Source: Octopus bimaculoides (Eukaryota). Taken from it: a DNA stretch of 64,000 bases. The stretch covers positions 9,804,602-9,868,601 of the forward strand of contig NC_068998.1 of assembly GCF_001194135.2 (NCBI RefSeq), written 5' to 3'. The translations under genes were made by a program, and so were the position numbers. Below, one piece after another: positions 63,570 to 64,000 of the stretch. The notes below the pieces were generated by a model that saw only the letters and a program-made list of their open reading frames with translations, made no database searches and was not told where the DNA came from. Each line of letters starts with the position of its first letter. Position 1 is the stretch's first letter.

Positions 63570-63890
63570 GAGAAGGAGAGCCTGGGAGAGAGAGAGAAAG
63601 ACATTGAGAGAGAGAAAATGAGAAAGAGAGAGAAAGAGAAGAGACAGAGGATGAGAAACCAGTAGAGAAAGGGAGAGAGAGATGGAGGGAGGGAGCCTGG
63701 GAGAGAGAGAGAAAGACATTGAGAGGGAGAAAAGTGAGAAAGAGACAGAAAGAGAAGAGACAGAGGATGAGAAACCAGTAGAGAAAGGGAGCCTGGGAGA
63801 GAGAGAGAAAGACATGGAGAGGGAGAAAAGTGAGAGAGAGAGAGAGAAAGAGAAGGGAGACAGAGGATGAGAGACCAGTAGAGAAGTGGA
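63570..63890. repeat. GA-rich minisatellite, about 3 units of 96-115 bp
   Basis: GAGCCTGGGAGAGAGAGAGAAAGACAT...GACAGAGGATGAGA(A/G)ACCAGTAGAGAA starts at 63578, 63693 and 63789. Confidence 0.9.
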
Positions 63891-64000
63891 GAGAGAGAGA
63901 GAGAAGAGAAAGGGGAGAAGGGGAGAGAGAGAAAGGGGAGTGGGGTGAGTGAATCTTTATCTACAAAGTAGAGAATAGTATGAATCTTATTAATGTCTTG

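Noticed and set aside
62321-63815. Longest ORFs in the track (up to 477 aa), and the other X-rich ORFs
   Set aside because: They read through N-gaps and are artefacts.
1-64000. CRISPR array, prokaryotic operon or defence system
   Set aside because: There are no regularly spaced repeats with unique spacers and no gene-dense region. The sequence is eukaryotic repeat-rich DNA.

Overview
This is AT-rich, microsatellite-dense animal genomic DNA from a draft assembly, with about 18 N-gaps. The SINE families and repeat landscape point to an octopus (cephalopod) genome; this is an inference and no database search was run. I found no convincing host protein-coding exon, tRNA or rRNA gene, or CRISPR array. 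Almost all ORFs in the track are artefacts of microsatellites, low-complexity sequence or N-gaps. The window is an intronic or intergenic transposon graveyard. It holds many copies of several tRNA-headed SINE-like families (my labels A, B, C, F), two dispersed families D and E, and two decayed mariner transposons. It also holds hAT-type MITEs, a Helitron helicase fragment, the 3' end of a CR1/L2-group LINE, two R4/Dong-like RLE retrotransposon 3' ends sitting in microsatellites, and Penelope-like terminal remnants. Four observations are the most interesting. (1) The LINE 3' tail matches the SINE-B tail, including a stem-loop with a compensatory base-pair change. (2) One RLE retrotransposon family is flanked by (CATA)n and another by (TAA)n. 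(3) Two fossil minimal 'dimeric' hammerhead-like motifs share a non-canonical core. (4) There are several near-perfect fold-back hairpins. I see no evidence for a new protein-coding system. All identities were counted by eye.
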